From NCBI GenBank assembly GCA_016195715.1, contig JACPZA010000031.1, positions 60,336 through 124,335 on the forward strand: a stretch of 64,000 nt of DNA. The letters are read 5' to 3'. The notes beneath the pieces were generated by a model. The model searched no databases. It saw only the letters and a list, made by a program, of their open reading frames with translations, and was not told where the DNA came from. Shown in pieces: positions 9,095-19,883 of this stretch. Every line of letters starts with the position of its first letter. Position 1 is the stretch's first letter. The stretch comes from Candidatus Daviesbacteria bacterium (lineage in GTDB: Bacteria > Patescibacteriota > Microgenomatia > Daviesbacterales > UBA10151). The position numbers were made by a program, and so were the translations under genes.

Positions 9095-11650
9095 ATGTTT
9101 CTGTCCAAATTTAAAAAGCAGCTTGCTGTTTTTTTAAAAAATCAACAAGGTGCAATTCCGCTTTTGGTGCTAGTGGCAGTTTTAGGGCTAGTGGCTTTTT
9201 TGGCTATCTCTTCAACTTTTTCTTTTAGAAATAGTATTTTTTCTAGACTTTTTCCTAAACCCCCCTCTCATGCTGCAAGCAAAAATGGTCCAGTTCAAAG
9301 CATCTATACTCCTGATAATTATGGAGTTAATTATTTTGGTTTTTCAAGTGATGATACCATCCGTGGACAACAACTTGATTTAATCAAGCAAACTGGTGCC
9401 AAATGGGTACGAGGAGTGACCTGTCAATGGCAAAGTATTCAATGGGATCAAAATATGTACAGCAGCAACTTATGGAATTTTGCTGCATGCGATAAAATAG
9501 TCAATGAAATAGTTTCTCGAGGTATGACCCCGCTAATGGCACTCTGGTATTCTTCAAATTCCTGTACCACTGCTCCTTCTAATCCAATTACCCAAATTTC
9601 AGGTTACCCACCCTGTGATAATCAGAAGTTTCATGATTATGTTTATCGAGTGGTCAGCCGTTATGGATCCAATGCCAATGGCATTGTCCCTGATAAAAAT
9701 GACACAGCAGCATATGGACAAAACAAGGTGCATTTTTATGAGCTTGGTAATGAGCCAAACAGACAAAATGCATTTCCGATTGCTGATGGACTTGGTGGGA
9801 CCTATGATGCTACTAATGAGCCAGCCCACCTAGCAGCTAACACTTATGTCTCTCTTTTAAATACTGCCCATGATGCCATCAAAGGATCATCAGGGGCAGA
9901 TGCTGGTTCAAATCTGGTGGTGGCATCAATAAATGCTGGTAATGTTATTGTCCCTAGAACAGATTTCTTAACTGATGTTATAAAGGGCGCTGGGAATAAT
10001 ATTGATATCATGAACCTGCATGTCTATGGTGATCAAAAAAGTTTTGACACCTCGCTATCTCAAGCAAAGCAGGCATATGTAGATGCAGGTATAGCAGAAA
10101 AACCTTATTGGGTGACAGAGAATGGTTATGCTAGTGACTCAACCTTTAAAAGTTTCCCCTTCCCCAGCACTGAACCAGATTTTTATTGCCCAACTGGAAC
10201 TTGTTATCAGCAGCAAGCCAATTATATCAATGAAATGATTCCTTATATGTTCAATTCTGGCGTTTCAAAAGTATTTTGGTTTGCTAGTGTTGATGATCCC
10301 CAAAGCACCAGTCCTGGGTATTGTACTGATAGTTTGATGTATTACCCTGGTTATCAATGTAATCAGAATGGTCCTGCACCATCCTCTGTACCTTTAACCC
10401 AAAAAGATCCTGGGTTTACTGCCTACAAAAATTTAGTTGCCAAGCCAGACCCATTACCTCCAATTACCAGCATGGTTTCTCCAGTAGATGGATCTAGTAT
10501 TTCTGGTGCACTTACTATTTCAGCCACAGCTACAGATAATGTTGGGGTAACTAAAGTGGAGTTTTATGTTGACGGAGGAGATAATAAGGGAGGAACTGGA
10601 CCCTATAAAACTATGACTGCCCCAACCTCAGGCAGCACCTATTCTAATGACCAAAATACATTTACTTTAGTTCAGGGTTCAACCCATACTCTTTATGTTA
10701 AAGCTTATGATGCTGCCGGAAATTTTGCCCAATCTAATACTATCTCCTTTAAAGTAACTGACACTACTGCTCCAGCTGTATCTATTACCTATCCTGCCAG
10801 TTCTACCCCTCCTCTTTCTGGAGGAACAACCATTACAGCTACAGCTACAGATAATATTGCTATAGCTCATGTAGATTTTTATATTGATGGGGCACTTTTA
10901 AGCTCTGATAAAAATCCAGATAGTGGGACAAATAATTATTCAGCATTCTGGGGTTCTGGTACTTTACCTCAAGGTTCAATCCACACCATTTATGCAATAG
11001 CTTATGACACTGCTGCTACCCCAAACCAAACTACCTCCCAAACAATTACAGTCACTACTAATGATTCCTCTAAACCAGTAGTTAGCAATATAGTTCCAAC
11101 CAATTTAGCAACCATCAATTCTGGAATTATAGCTGTTTCTGCTACTGCCACAGATAATGTTGGGGTAACTAAAGTTGAGTTCTGGCAAGACTCAGATTCT
11201 GCACCTTTTGCTACAGATACATCTGCCCCCTACTCTGCTAGTTGGGATGCGACTAATTTAAGTCAAGGAGTTCAACACACTCTAACAGTTAAAGCTTACG
11301 ATGCCCAGGGAAACATTGGTAGTGGAACTTCCAAAGTAACTTTTATTGATACTACAAAGCCAGTAATTTCTAACTTACTACCAGTTAATGGTACTGTTGT
11401 TACTCTGAATGTGACTGTTAATCTTCAAGCTACAGCTACAGATAATGTCAAAATAAAAAATGTGACCTTCTCGGTGGATGGAACTCAGAAATGCTCTGTC
11501 GGATATTCCTCCGCTGTCAATGATGTTTACACCTGCTCTAATTGGAAACCAACTCTAAAATCCCATACTTATAATATTTCAGTGACAGCTAATGACACAG
11601 CCTCCTCAACCAATAGCACAACTAGTACGTATACTTTAAAAACATTATAA
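9095..11650 (+). CDS. Clan GH-A glycoside hydrolase (GH39/GH5-like) with four Ig-like repeats and prepilin-like leader
   Basis: YELGNEP (acid/base), YWVTENGY (nucleophile), repeated ATATDNVGVTKVEF units; leader QQG|AIPLL. Confidence 0.75.
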   Translation: MFLSKFKKQLAVFLKNQQGAIPLLVLVAVLGLVAFLAISSTFSFRNSIFSRLFPKPPSHAASKNGPVQSIYTPDNYGVNYFGFSSDDTIRGQQLDLIKQTGAKWVRGVTCQWQSIQWDQNMYSSNLWNFAACDKIVNEIVSRGMTPLMALWYSSNSCTTAPSNPITQISGYPPCDNQKFHDYVYRVVSRYGSNANGIVPDKNDTAAYGQNKVHFYELGNEPNRQNAFPIADGLGGTYDATNEPAHLAANTYVSLLNTAHDAIKGSSGADAGSNLVVASINAGNVIVPRTDFLTDVIKGAGNNIDIMNLHVYGDQKSFDTSLSQAKQAYVDAGIAEKPYWVTENGYASDSTFKSFPFPSTEPDFYCPTGTCYQQQANYINEMIPYMFNSGVSKVFWFASVDDPQSTSPGYCTDSLMYYPGYQCNQNGPAPSSVPLTQKDPGFTAYKNLVAKPDPLPPITSMVSPVDGSSISGALTISATATDNVGVTKVEFYVDGGDNKGGTGPYKTMTAPTSGSTYSNDQNTFTLVQGSTHTLYVKAYDAAGNFAQSNTISFKVTDTTAPAVSITYPASSTPPLSGGTTITATATDNIAIAHVDFYIDGALLSSDKNPDSGTNNYSAFWGSGTLPQGSIHTIYAIAYDTAATPNQTTSQTITVTTNDSSKPVVSNIVPTNLATINSGIIAVSATATDNVGVTKVEFWQDSDSAPFATDTSAPYSASWDATNLSQGVQHTLTVKAYDAQGNIGSGTSKVTFIDTTKPVISNLLPVNGTVVTLNVTVNLQATATDNVKIKNVTFSVDGTQKCSVGYSSAVNDVYTCSNWKPTLKSHTYNISVTANDTASSTNSTTSTYTLKTL

Positions 11651-11664
11651 TGAAATAGACTGCC

Positions 11665-13836
11665 ATGCTTAAATTATTAGACCAAAAAGGTGCTATTCCA
11701 CTACTAATACTGATTGCTGGGGTTGGGTTAATTGTTTTTTTAATTATTTCTGCAACTTTTTCCTTCAGGAATCAAACCTTCCAAACTCTTTTTCCCAAAC
11801 CCTCCTCTAAAGCTGCAACACTCTATGGGCCAGATAACTATGGTGTTAATACTGGTATAGCTTTATCTGAAGCAGCTATGCCAGATGTCATGGCAAAAGA
11901 GCATGCTGCAAATATCGGTTGGATTAGATTACTTTGCAATTGGGATAGTATCCAAGCTTCTGATCCAGGACCTGTGCCAAACCCTCCCACTGGTTTAAGT
12001 AATTTTAAATTTAACTCATGCGATGCAAATATGACCAATGTTAAAAATAATTCTTTGCAACCTTTACTTGGATTTTATTATGCTTCAGCATGGTGCAATA
12101 CTGGTGGAGTTGGTTTATCTCAACAAGAAAAGTCTGCTCCTTGTGATTACAATAAATTCTATGACTTTGTTTATCATTTAGTGGCCAGGTATGGATATAC
12201 TGAACACTCTGATTTAAGCCTAACCAAAGCTAATGGTTATGCCCAAGGGATAGTTAAATATTGGGAGATTGGTAATGAACCAGATGCAGACTCTCAACTT
12301 GCTCCAGGTGGAACTGCAATTGAAATTTCTAATAATTATGCTCATATTTTACAAACTGCCCATGATGCTATTAAAGCAGCAGATCCTAATGCTAAGATTT
12401 TAATTGGGGGTTTGGTCATTCAGAGTAAGGCAGACCCAACTTTTTTCCAGGATCTGTTAAACAATACTACCTATCCCAATACCAAAAATAACTTTGATAT
12501 TGGAAACTTTCATACTTATGGAATTAAAACAGAAGCCCAATCTAAGATGAATGAAGTTAGAAATGATTTAGCAGCAGTTGGAGTAACTAAAGATACTTGG
12601 GTAACAGAGAATGGTTATCCTTCTAATCTTGCTCAACAAAATCTCCTATCTGATGCCAGGCTAGAAGCTAATTATGGAACAGATGTGCAAGGTCAAGTTA
12701 ATTATATGAATGATTTAAGGCCTTATATTTTAAAAGACTTGGGAGCTAAAAAAGTCTTTTGGTATACCAGTTTAGATGACCCTTCAGACAGTACTTCTTT
12801 TTGCAGCCATGGTTTATTTTATTACAATGGTTACCAGTGCAACCAAGCAGTTTTGCCATCTCCTGCTCCTGTAGAAACTGCTAAACCTGCTTTTGATACT
12901 TATAAAAATATTATTGCTGGAACTGATACCACTCTTCCAACTGTTTCAATGAGTCCTCTTCCTCAATATGTAACTGGCAATGTAACTTTAACAGCCAATG
13001 CTTCAGATAATATTTGGGTTTATAAAGTGGAGATTTATGTTGATGGCATAATGCAAACTGATAATAGTGGCAATCCAGATTTTTATGCACCATTTACAGA
13101 TTCTTGGCCTACAGGAACTTTAGTTCAAGGAAGCAGTCATTCTATTTATGCCAAAGCTTATGATGAAAATTTTAATATGACCCAATCTGCTCCTATCACC
13201 ACAGTTATCCAAGACACTAGTAACCCCACTATTTCTATTAACTCGCCAGTTGGAGGAAGTACTGTGACTGGAATAGTTCCTATAAGTACAACATCTTCTG
13301 ATAATGTTGGAGTAACTAAGGTAGAATTTTATTTGGATAGTTCCACCACCCCTTTTGCAACTAATTCTAACCCTTCCCCTGCTCCTTCACCTACCACTTT
13401 TAATACCACTGCTAATTGGAATTCAACCACCTTACCTCCAGACCAGCAAGGTATTTACCACACAATAGCTGTTAAAGCTTATGATGCTTATGGAAATATA
13501 AGTTTACAGCCCTCAGTCAGGGTGAAATTAGCTGATACCACTAAACCTACTTTGAGCAATTTGCTGCCTATAAATGGGACAATTATTACTGTTGGTATTT
13601 ATGCAACTTTGCAGGCTACAGCTACAGATAATGTAAGAATACTTAATGTGACCTTTTCAATTGATGGAACGCAACAGTGCTCAAAGGGTTACAGTACTGC
13701 AATCAATGATGTTTACAGTTGTACAAACTGGAAGCCAACTTTACACAACCATACCTATACTATTTCAGTTACAGCTAATGACACAGCTTCACCAGCCAAC
13801 AGCACTACTCAAACTTTTACCCTAAAAACTTTATAA
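11665..13836 (+). CDS. Paralogous clan GH-A glycoside hydrolase with three Ig-like repeats and prepilin-like leader
   Basis: WEIGNEPD, TWVTENGY, DNVGVTKVEF; leader QKG|AIPLL. Confidence 0.75.
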   Translation: MLKLLDQKGAIPLLILIAGVGLIVFLIISATFSFRNQTFQTLFPKPSSKAATLYGPDNYGVNTGIALSEAAMPDVMAKEHAANIGWIRLLCNWDSIQASDPGPVPNPPTGLSNFKFNSCDANMTNVKNNSLQPLLGFYYASAWCNTGGVGLSQQEKSAPCDYNKFYDFVYHLVARYGYTEHSDLSLTKANGYAQGIVKYWEIGNEPDADSQLAPGGTAIEISNNYAHILQTAHDAIKAADPNAKILIGGLVIQSKADPTFFQDLLNNTTYPNTKNNFDIGNFHTYGIKTEAQSKMNEVRNDLAAVGVTKDTWVTENGYPSNLAQQNLLSDARLEANYGTDVQGQVNYMNDLRPYILKDLGAKKVFWYTSLDDPSDSTSFCSHGLFYYNGYQCNQAVLPSPAPVETAKPAFDTYKNIIAGTDTTLPTVSMSPLPQYVTGNVTLTANASDNIWVYKVEIYVDGIMQTDNSGNPDFYAPFTDSWPTGTLVQGSSHSIYAKAYDENFNMTQSAPITTVIQDTSNPTISINSPVGGSTVTGIVPISTTSSDNVGVTKVEFYLDSSTTPFATNSNPSPAPSPTTFNTTANWNSTTLPPDQQGIYHTIAVKAYDAYGNISLQPSVRVKLADTTKPTLSNLLPINGTIITVGIYATLQATATDNVRILNVTFSIDGTQQCSKGYSTAINDVYSCTNWKPTLHNHTYTISVTANDTASPANSTTQTFTLKTL

Positions 13837-13838
13837 AT

Positions 13839-14051
13839 CTATAAAGGTTTTCCGGCTAGACCATATTGGAGGAAATCAGGAGCAAAGCCAATGGCTTGAT
13901 AGGGCCAGGTTAAAATTACTACATAAAATCCAGGACTAAAGTAAGCAAATGGACTCCAATGATAAAAAAAGGCAAAAGCAAAGGCAAAAATAATTCCTAT
14001 CACAAAATAAATTGAAGCAAAAATTGGAATTTTTTTTTCAATTTTATTCAT
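13839..14051 (-). CDS. Small hydrophobic membrane protein
   Basis: 70 aa, aromatic and hydrophobic; overlaps the gyrA stop codon (possible coupling). Confidence 0.6.
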   Translation of the reverse strand: MNKIEKKIPIFASIYFVIGIIFAFAFAFFYHWSPFAYFSPGFYVVILTWPYQAIGFAPDFLQYGLAGKPL

Positions 14052-16641
14052 TATTAGTTTTTTCTTTAGAAGATACTACTGTTGCAGCAGCTACATTTTC
14101 TCCGCTTCTAACTCTCATTAATATTACACCTTGGGTTTGTCTTTGCAGCGTTGGAACATCTTTTAGATTGAGTTTAATCAGTTGACCTTTATTGGATGTT
14201 AATATCAAAGTATCAGCTTCTGAGTCAACTACTTGAGCGGTAACAATTTTGCCAGTTTTTTCGGTAACTTGAGCAGCTTTAATTCCATTGCCTCCCCTGC
14301 CTTGTCTTTTCCAAGCTGAGATCAAAGTTTTTTTACCTAACCCCTTTTCCATAATTACTAAAACCTCAGCTTTAGGATCATTAACTAAATTCATAGAAAC
14401 AACCTCATCATCTTTTCCCAGCATAATCCCTCTTACGCCAGACGTATCTCGATGGGTTGGTCTGACTTGAGATTCTCCAAATCTAATAGACTGACCATGA
14501 TAAGAGACAATAATGACATCATCTTGCCCAGTTGTGGGGACAACCCAACGCAGTTCATCACCTTTATCTAATTTAATTGAGATTAAACCATTTTTTCTAA
14601 TATTGGCATACTCACTAATTTGGGTTTTTTTAACATTCCCTTGTCTGGTACACATAAATAAAAATTTAGTCACATCTTTGGCGCGGGATGTTAAAATAGC
14701 AGTAATTTTTTCACCTTGATCAACATTAATTAAATTAACAATTGCTTGACCTTTAGCCACTCGAGAAGTTTCTGGAATCTCCCAAACTTTAATTTGAAAA
14801 ACTCTACCTCGATCTGTAAAAAATAATAAATTATCTAGCGTTTTGGTATAGAAAATATGAGAAACTGCATCTTCTTCTTTGGTAGTTATTCCTGAGACTC
14901 CTTTACCGCCTCTATTTTGAGTTCTAAAACTCATTGGAGATTGACGCTTGACATATCCGCCTTCTGTAACCGTGACGATCGTTACCTCATCTGCAACTAA
15001 ATCTTCTTCAGAAAATTCCCCTACTTTTTGTTTGTAAACTCGAGTTTTTCTCTCATCGCCGTAGCGTTCTTTAATTTTTAATAACTCATCTTTGATAACT
15101 TTTAAGATTTTTTCTGGGTGAGAAAGTAAGTCTTCTAAATAAGTAATTAATTCTCTAATCATTTTTAACTCATCTTCAATTTTTTGCCTCTCCAACGCTG
15201 CTAAACGGCGAAGCTGCATATCTAAAATTGCTACAGCTTGAAGTTCAGTTAATTTAAATTTGCTTATTAATGCAACTTTAGCTTCATCTGCGTCTTTGCT
15301 TTTTCTAATGGTATTAATAACTTCATCAATGTTATCAACTGCAATTTTTAAACCTTCTAAAATATGTTCTCTGGCTTTGGCTTCTGCTAGTTCAAATTCT
15401 GATCTTCTTATAACAATAACTTGGCGATGATGAATAAACTCTTCCAAAACTCGCTTTAAAGTCATTAAGTGGGGTACACCATCCGAGAGCGCTACCATGT
15501 TGACATTAAAAACAGATTGCAGGGCTGTGTGTTTATATAAATTATTTAAAACTGATTGGGGCTTGCCATCTCTTTTTAGTTCAATTACCACTCTCATTCC
15601 TTTGCGATCTGATTCATCTCTTAAATCTGAGATTCCATCAATCTTTTTCTCTTTGACTAAATCTGCAATTCTAGCAATTAAAGTGGCTTTATTAACCTGA
15701 TAAGGCAGTTCAGTAACTATAATGTCAAATCTGCCACCTTTGGTTTCTTCAATCTCAGCTTTGGCGCGCATCACAATCCTCCCTTTACCTGTAGCATAGG
15801 CTGCTAAAATTTCACTATGATCGTAAATTGATGCACCTGTTGGAAAATCTGGTCCTTTAATAAATTTCATTAAATCCTCAACAGTCGCTTCAGAAGAAAA
15901 AGTATCAGAATGCCTCTGTTCAGGGTCCTGTCCCTTCGGTTTCTCAAATCTATCCTTCGACTCAATGTCTTCGATCAAAGTCTGCGGTACGTTTTGAGAG
16001 CTCTCCTTCGGGCCACCCTTCACAATAGTTGGATTCTCAATCAGGTGAATCAAAGCATCAGTGACTTCACCTAAATTGTGTGGAGGGATTTGAGTAGCCA
16101 TTCCAACAGCAATTCCAGATGCGCCGTTAAGTAATAAATTAGGGATGACTGCAGGGAGTAAAGTTGGTTCCTCCGTTGTCCCAGAGTAATTATCAATAAA
16201 ATTAACAGTATTTTTATTAATGTCGCGAAGCAGCTCATCTGCAATCGCTGAAAGTCTGGCTTCGGTATACCTCATAGCAGCAGGTGAATCTCCATCAACT
16301 GATCCAAAGTTTCCCTGACCATCAACTAAAGGATATCTCATGGAAAAATCTTGGGCCATTCTGACCATGGCTTCATAAACTGGTGCATCACCGTGGGGGT
16401 GATAATTTTTTAAAACTTCTCCAACTACCGCTGCAGATTTTTGATAACGGCTAGTGTGATGCAGATTTTGTTGCTGCATGGCATAGATAATTCGCCGCTG
16501 AACTGGTTTTAGGCCATCTCTAACATCAGGCAGAGCGCGGGATACAATCACTGACATGGCATAATCTAAGTAGGATTTTTGCATCTCATCTGTTAAAGAT
16601 ACTGGTTCAATCTTACCGATGTTAGTTGGTTTGTTATCCAT
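14044..16641 (-). CDS. gyrA: DNA gyrase subunit A
   Basis: [26 protein letters not shown] (catalytic Tyr), GyrA box QNRGGKG. Confidence 0.97.
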   Translation of the reverse strand: MDNKPTNIGKIEPVSLTDEMQKSYLDYAMSVIVSRALPDVRDGLKPVQRRIIYAMQQQNLHHTSRYQKSAAVVGEVLKNYHPHGDAPVYEAMVRMAQDFSMRYPLVDGQGNFGSVDGDSPAAMRYTEARLSAIADELLRDINKNTVNFIDNYSGTTEEPTLLPAVIPNLLLNGASGIAVGMATQIPPHNLGEVTDALIHLIENPTIVKGGPKESSQNVPQTLIEDIESKDRFEKPKGQDPEQRHSDTFSSEATVEDLMKFIKGPDFPTGASIYDHSEILAAYATGKGRIVMRAKAEIEETKGGRFDIIVTELPYQVNKATLIARIADLVKEKKIDGISDLRDESDRKGMRVVIELKRDGKPQSVLNNLYKHTALQSVFNVNMVALSDGVPHLMTLKRVLEEFIHHRQVIVIRRSEFELAEAKAREHILEGLKIAVDNIDEVINTIRKSKDADEAKVALISKFKLTELQAVAILDMQLRRLAALERQKIEDELKMIRELITYLEDLLSHPEKILKVIKDELLKIKERYGDERKTRVYKQKVGEFSEEDLVADEVTIVTVTEGGYVKRQSPMSFRTQNRGGKGVSGITTKEEDAVSHIFYTKTLDNLLFFTDRGRVFQIKVWEIPETSRVAKGQAIVNLINVDQGEKITAILTSRAKDVTKFLFMCTRQGNVKKTQISEYANIRKNGLISIKLDKGDELRWVVPTTGQDDVIIVSYHGQSIRFGESQVRPTHRDTSGVRGIMLGKDDEVVSMNLVNDPKAEVLVIMEKGLGKKTLISAWKRQGRGGNGIKAAQVTEKTGKIVTAQVVDSEADTLILTSNKGQLIKLNLKDVPTLQRQTQGVILMRVRSGENVAAATVVSSKEKTNNE
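15923..16023. repeat. Palindromic element family A, in frame within gyrA
   Basis: GGGTCCTG...CACCCTTCAC termini; internal TCTCAAA/TTTGAGA stem; encodes VKG...QDP like the nfo copy. Confidence 0.7.
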
Positions 16642-16717
16642 AAGAAGATCTAAAAAACCCCTTTTAGGGCTCTATAATTATACTGTTTTTAAGGCTAAAG
16701 AAGCAAGGTTGATTCGT

Positions 16718-17368
16718 TTATCCATTTATAACAATACCTCTTTGTGCAAAGAATTTTTTAAAATCTGAGAAAAAAATTTCAGTATTTGGTTTGGTAAATT
16801 TTGTATCACCAGATGGGTTGTGAATATAAAAAACTTTTTTATTAAAATCAAATCCAGTGATTAAAACTAAATGACCACCACTGCCTATTTTGGTTGGGTT
16901 ACTTTGAGGATTTCGGATTTGAGAACTAACTGATGCAATTACATAATTTTTGTTAACTAAGTTTTCAATGATTTCTTCTAAAACCATTGGTGAGATAATT
17001 TTTCCTTCTAAATTAAATTCTTTATAAATAAAATTTAAAAATGGTTTGTAAAATAAACCATCTAAGCCATCTGGACTGCTTTTATTTTCAATAAAACCCC
17101 CATACTCAATGCATTTTTCACCAAGTTTAAAAATGGGAATGTTTTTATTTAATTTATGAACTAGAATCATTTTCAAACAAGCCATCCCACAACCATTCTT
17201 GCTCCAAAGTTCTTTTTCTTTTTGAGTTTTTGCTCCAGTATCACCTTGTTTAAAGTAAGGGATATTAATTAAGTTGGAATTTATAGAAGGATTATAGAAA
17301 AAATACCTAAACTTTTTGCTAAATAAAATTAAATGCCAAAGTAGCTTTCTGAAGTTATGTATTTCCAT
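16718..17368 (-). CDS. Peptidase C39-like (papain-fold) protein
   Basis: PYFKQ...GCGMACLKM, GHLVLITG, YIHNP. Confidence 0.7.
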   Translation of the reverse strand: MEIHNFRKLLWHLILFSKKFRYFFYNPSINSNLINIPYFKQGDTGAKTQKEKELWSKNGCGMACLKMILVHKLNKNIPIFKLGEKCIEYGGFIENKSSPDGLDGLFYKPFLNFIYKEFNLEGKIISPMVLEEIIENLVNKNYVIASVSSQIRNPQSNPTKIGSGGHLVLITGFDFNKKVFYIHNPSGDTKFTKPNTEIFFSDFKKFFAQRGIVING

Positions 17369-17372
17369 ATTA

Positions 17373-17405
17373 TTACACCTCGGAGGTATATTTAGGTTTA
17401 CACCT
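17373..17405. repeat. Degenerate intergenic copy of the ACACCTCGGAGGTGT palindrome (family C)
   Basis: TTACACCTCGGAGGT and TAGGTTTACACCT both match the palindrome at 22126-22160. Confidence 0.65.
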
Positions 17406-17419
17406 TGGGATAGTCATCA

Positions 17420-18574
17420 TTATTTAACTTCAAAAGATGTTTTTAATTTTTGATCTCTTTGGTGCCTCTCTAAAGCCAGTTGGATTAATCTATCAATCAA
17501 TTCTGAGTAAGAAATTCCAGATGCTTCCCAGAGTTTAGGGTACATAGAAATTTTAGTAAAACCTGGAATAGTATTTATCTCATTTATTAAAACTTGCCCA
17601 TTTTCTTTTAAGAAACAATCTACTCTAGCCATGCCTTCACAACAAAGAGCTTGAAAAGTTTTGATAGCTAAATTCTGAACCCTTTTTAAAGTTTGACTAG
17701 AAATTTTTGCTGGGATTTCTAGTTTAGCTCCTAATTCATCAATATACTTGGCTTCGTAAGAATAAAATTCATGAGAGGGAATAATTTCACCTGCTACTGA
17801 AGCAATTGGCTTTTCATTGCCCAAAACTGAAACCTCTATTTCCCTTGCTTTAATAGCCTCTTCAATTAAAATTTTATTGTCATATAAAAAAGCCTTTTTA
17901 ATTGCCTTATTAAAATCCTTTTTAGAAGAAGCTTTAGACACTCCAACAGAAGAACCAAGATTAGCAGGTTTAATAAAAACAGGTAAGCCTAATTGGTTTT
18001 TAACCATATCAAATAACTTGTCATTCTGATGAGCCTCTGGCTCAGAAGAATATATATCCTTCACTTCGTTCAGGATGACATCATTTCTGTGAACCACAAT
18101 AAACTTTGCTACAGGAATATCAGCAGCTTTTAATAATCTTTTCATCACATCTTTATCCATACCAATTGCTGAACCCAAAACTGATGCTCCAACAAAAGGT
18201 AAGTTAGCTAGCTTTAATAGTCCTTGAATTGTGCCATCTTCTCCAAAAGGTCCATGCAAACTCACAAAAACTACATCAATTGATTGAGCTTGTAAATTTT
18301 TTCCAGACTCTATTAACTGATGATTTTGGTGACCAGAAAGTAGAGCTACTTCTTTGCTGGAAGCATTTAAAGAGATCAATTTGGGATTAGTTTCATTGAG
18401 CAAAAAATTAGCAGAATCTGTTTTTAACCACCTACCTTGTTTATCAATTCCTATCAAAATGGGTTGATACTTTTCTTTATCTAAGGTAGAGATTATATTC
18501 TTTGCAGATTGTAAAGAGACCTCATGTTCTGCTGATCTCCCTCCAAAAATAACTGCTACCTTTAGCTTTTTCAT
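17420..18574 (-). CDS. ddl: D-alanine--D-alanine ligase
   Basis: FGGRSAEHEVS, LHGPFGEDG, KPANLGSSVG, EINTIPGFT. Confidence 0.96.
   Translation of the reverse strand: MKKLKVAVIFGGRSAEHEVSLQSAKNIISTLDKEKYQPILIGIDKQGRWLKTDSANFLLNETNPKLISLNASSKEVALLSGHQNHQLIESGKNLQAQSIDVVFVSLHGPFGEDGTIQGLLKLANLPFVGASVLGSAIGMDKDVMKRLLKAADIPVAKFIVVHRNDVILNEVKDIYSSEPEAHQNDKLFDMVKNQLGLPVFIKPANLGSSVGVSKASSKKDFNKAIKKAFLYDNKILIEEAIKAREIEVSVLGNEKPIASVAGEIIPSHEFYSYEAKYIDELGAKLEIPAKISSQTLKRVQNLAIKTFQALCCEGMARVDCFLKENGQVLINEINTIPGFTKISMYPKLWEASGISYSELIDRLIQLALERHQRDQKLKTSFEVK
18020..18079. repeat. Palindromic element family B (GTCATCCTGAACG...CAGAATGAC), 60 bp in frame within ddl
   Basis: Terminal IR GTCATTCTGA/TCAGGATGAC; matches 55589-55666; encodes VILNEVKD...QND. 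Confidence 0.8.
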
Positions 18575-19881
18575 CCAAAAACTTTTTCTACAGCTGCATT
18601 AAATTTTCTTCCCCTATCAAATTCATTTTGGAAAAAATTAAAAGAGGTGGCACCAGGAGCAAAGACTATTATATCTTTTGATTTGGCATGTTTTTTTACA
18701 TCACTTAGCAATCTTTCCAAATTATCATAAGTACCCTCTACTTTTTTTCCATCTCTTAGATATTTTTTTATTTGATCAGTTGCAGTTCCATCAATAAAGA
18801 ACACCAGCTTGGCTGTTTTATCTATCTGACTTGCAAAATCTTTATAATCTAAACCTTTATCTAAACCCCCAGCAATTAAAATACAGTTAGGAAAACTTTT
18901 AAGCGCCTCAATTGCCGGAACTGGATTAGTTGCAGCTGAATCATTATAAATTTTTAAACCATTAACTTCTTTAACTAGTTGTAGCCTAAACTCTACACCT
19001 TTGAATTGCTTGACAGCTTCTAGAGCTTTTTTTTGATTAACCCCTAAAGTTTTAAGAACAGCTAAAGCTGCTGCAATATTATTTAAATTGTGACCCCCTT
19101 TAATAGTTGGAGAAAAATCAGCTGGCAAATCATCCTTATCAAAAAAAATAGGTTTAGCTTTTAATCCAACTAAAAAATCTTTAGAAATTGTAACTTGATC
19201 ATTTTTCCAAAGAAATAAATAATCAAATTTTCTTTGATATTTGGCAATAATTTTTTTTGAATAAATATAGTCTTGCATAGATTGATAATAATCCAGATGA
19301 TCAGGATAAATATTAGTTATTACTGCCCATTTTGGAGAAAGTTGGTGTTCATCAAAGCTTTCCAGCTGAAAAGAAGATAGCTCAAGAACTACTAAATGAT
19401 TTGGTTTTAAATATTCAACAGTATCTAAAACACTCTTACCAATATTTCCTGCAAATAAAACTTTCTTGCCTGCAGTTTTTAAGATCTCATAAATCAGTGA
19501 AGAAGTTGTGGATTTGCCCTTTGTACCAGTAACTCCAATAATTTGGGATGGCTTAATAAATTGCAAAAAAATTCCCATGTCCATCTCAACTTGCTTACCC
19601 TTTTCTTTAGCGTATCTTAGGAAGGGATTATTTGGTGTCAGTTTGGGATTTCTAATTATTAAATCTGCCCAATCAATATCTTCATTTTTATGCTCACCTA
19701 AATGATATTTGATATTTTTAAACTGTTTTAATTGATCAAGTGAAGGTTTTAGTTGCTCTTTTGTTTTTAAATCAGTCACTAAAACTAAAGCTCCAGCTTT
19801 GGCAAAAAATTTGGCAGATCCAACTCCACCTTGATTTAAGCCTAAACCTAGAATTAGTACCTTAGTGTTTTTATAATTCAT
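18571..19881 (-). CDS. murD: UDP-MurNAc-L-Ala--D-Glu ligase
   Basis: GVTGTKGKSTT, LELSSFQL, DHLDY, YNDSAATN, F...FDRG. Confidence 0.92.
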   Translation of the reverse strand: MNYKNTKVLILGLGLNQGGVGSAKFFAKAGALVLVTDLKTKEQLKPSLDQLKQFKNIKYHLGEHKNEDIDWADLIIRNPKLTPNNPFLRYAKEKGKQVEMDMGIFLQFIKPSQIIGVTGTKGKSTTSSLIYEILKTAGKKVLFAGNIGKSVLDTVEYLKPNHLVVLELSSFQLESFDEHQLSPKWAVITNIYPDHLDYYQSMQDYIYSKKIIAKYQRKFDYLFLWKNDQVTISKDFLVGLKAKPIFFDKDDLPADFSPTIKGGHNLNNIAAALAVLKTLGVNQKKALEAVKQFKGVEFRLQLVKEVNGLKIYNDSAATNPVPAIEALKSFPNCILIAGGLDKGLDYKDFASQIDKTAKLVFFIDGTATDQIKKYLRDGKKVEGTYDNLERLLSDVKKHAKSKDIIVFAPGATSFNFFQNEFDRGRKFNAAVEKVFG

Positions 19882-19883
19882 AT

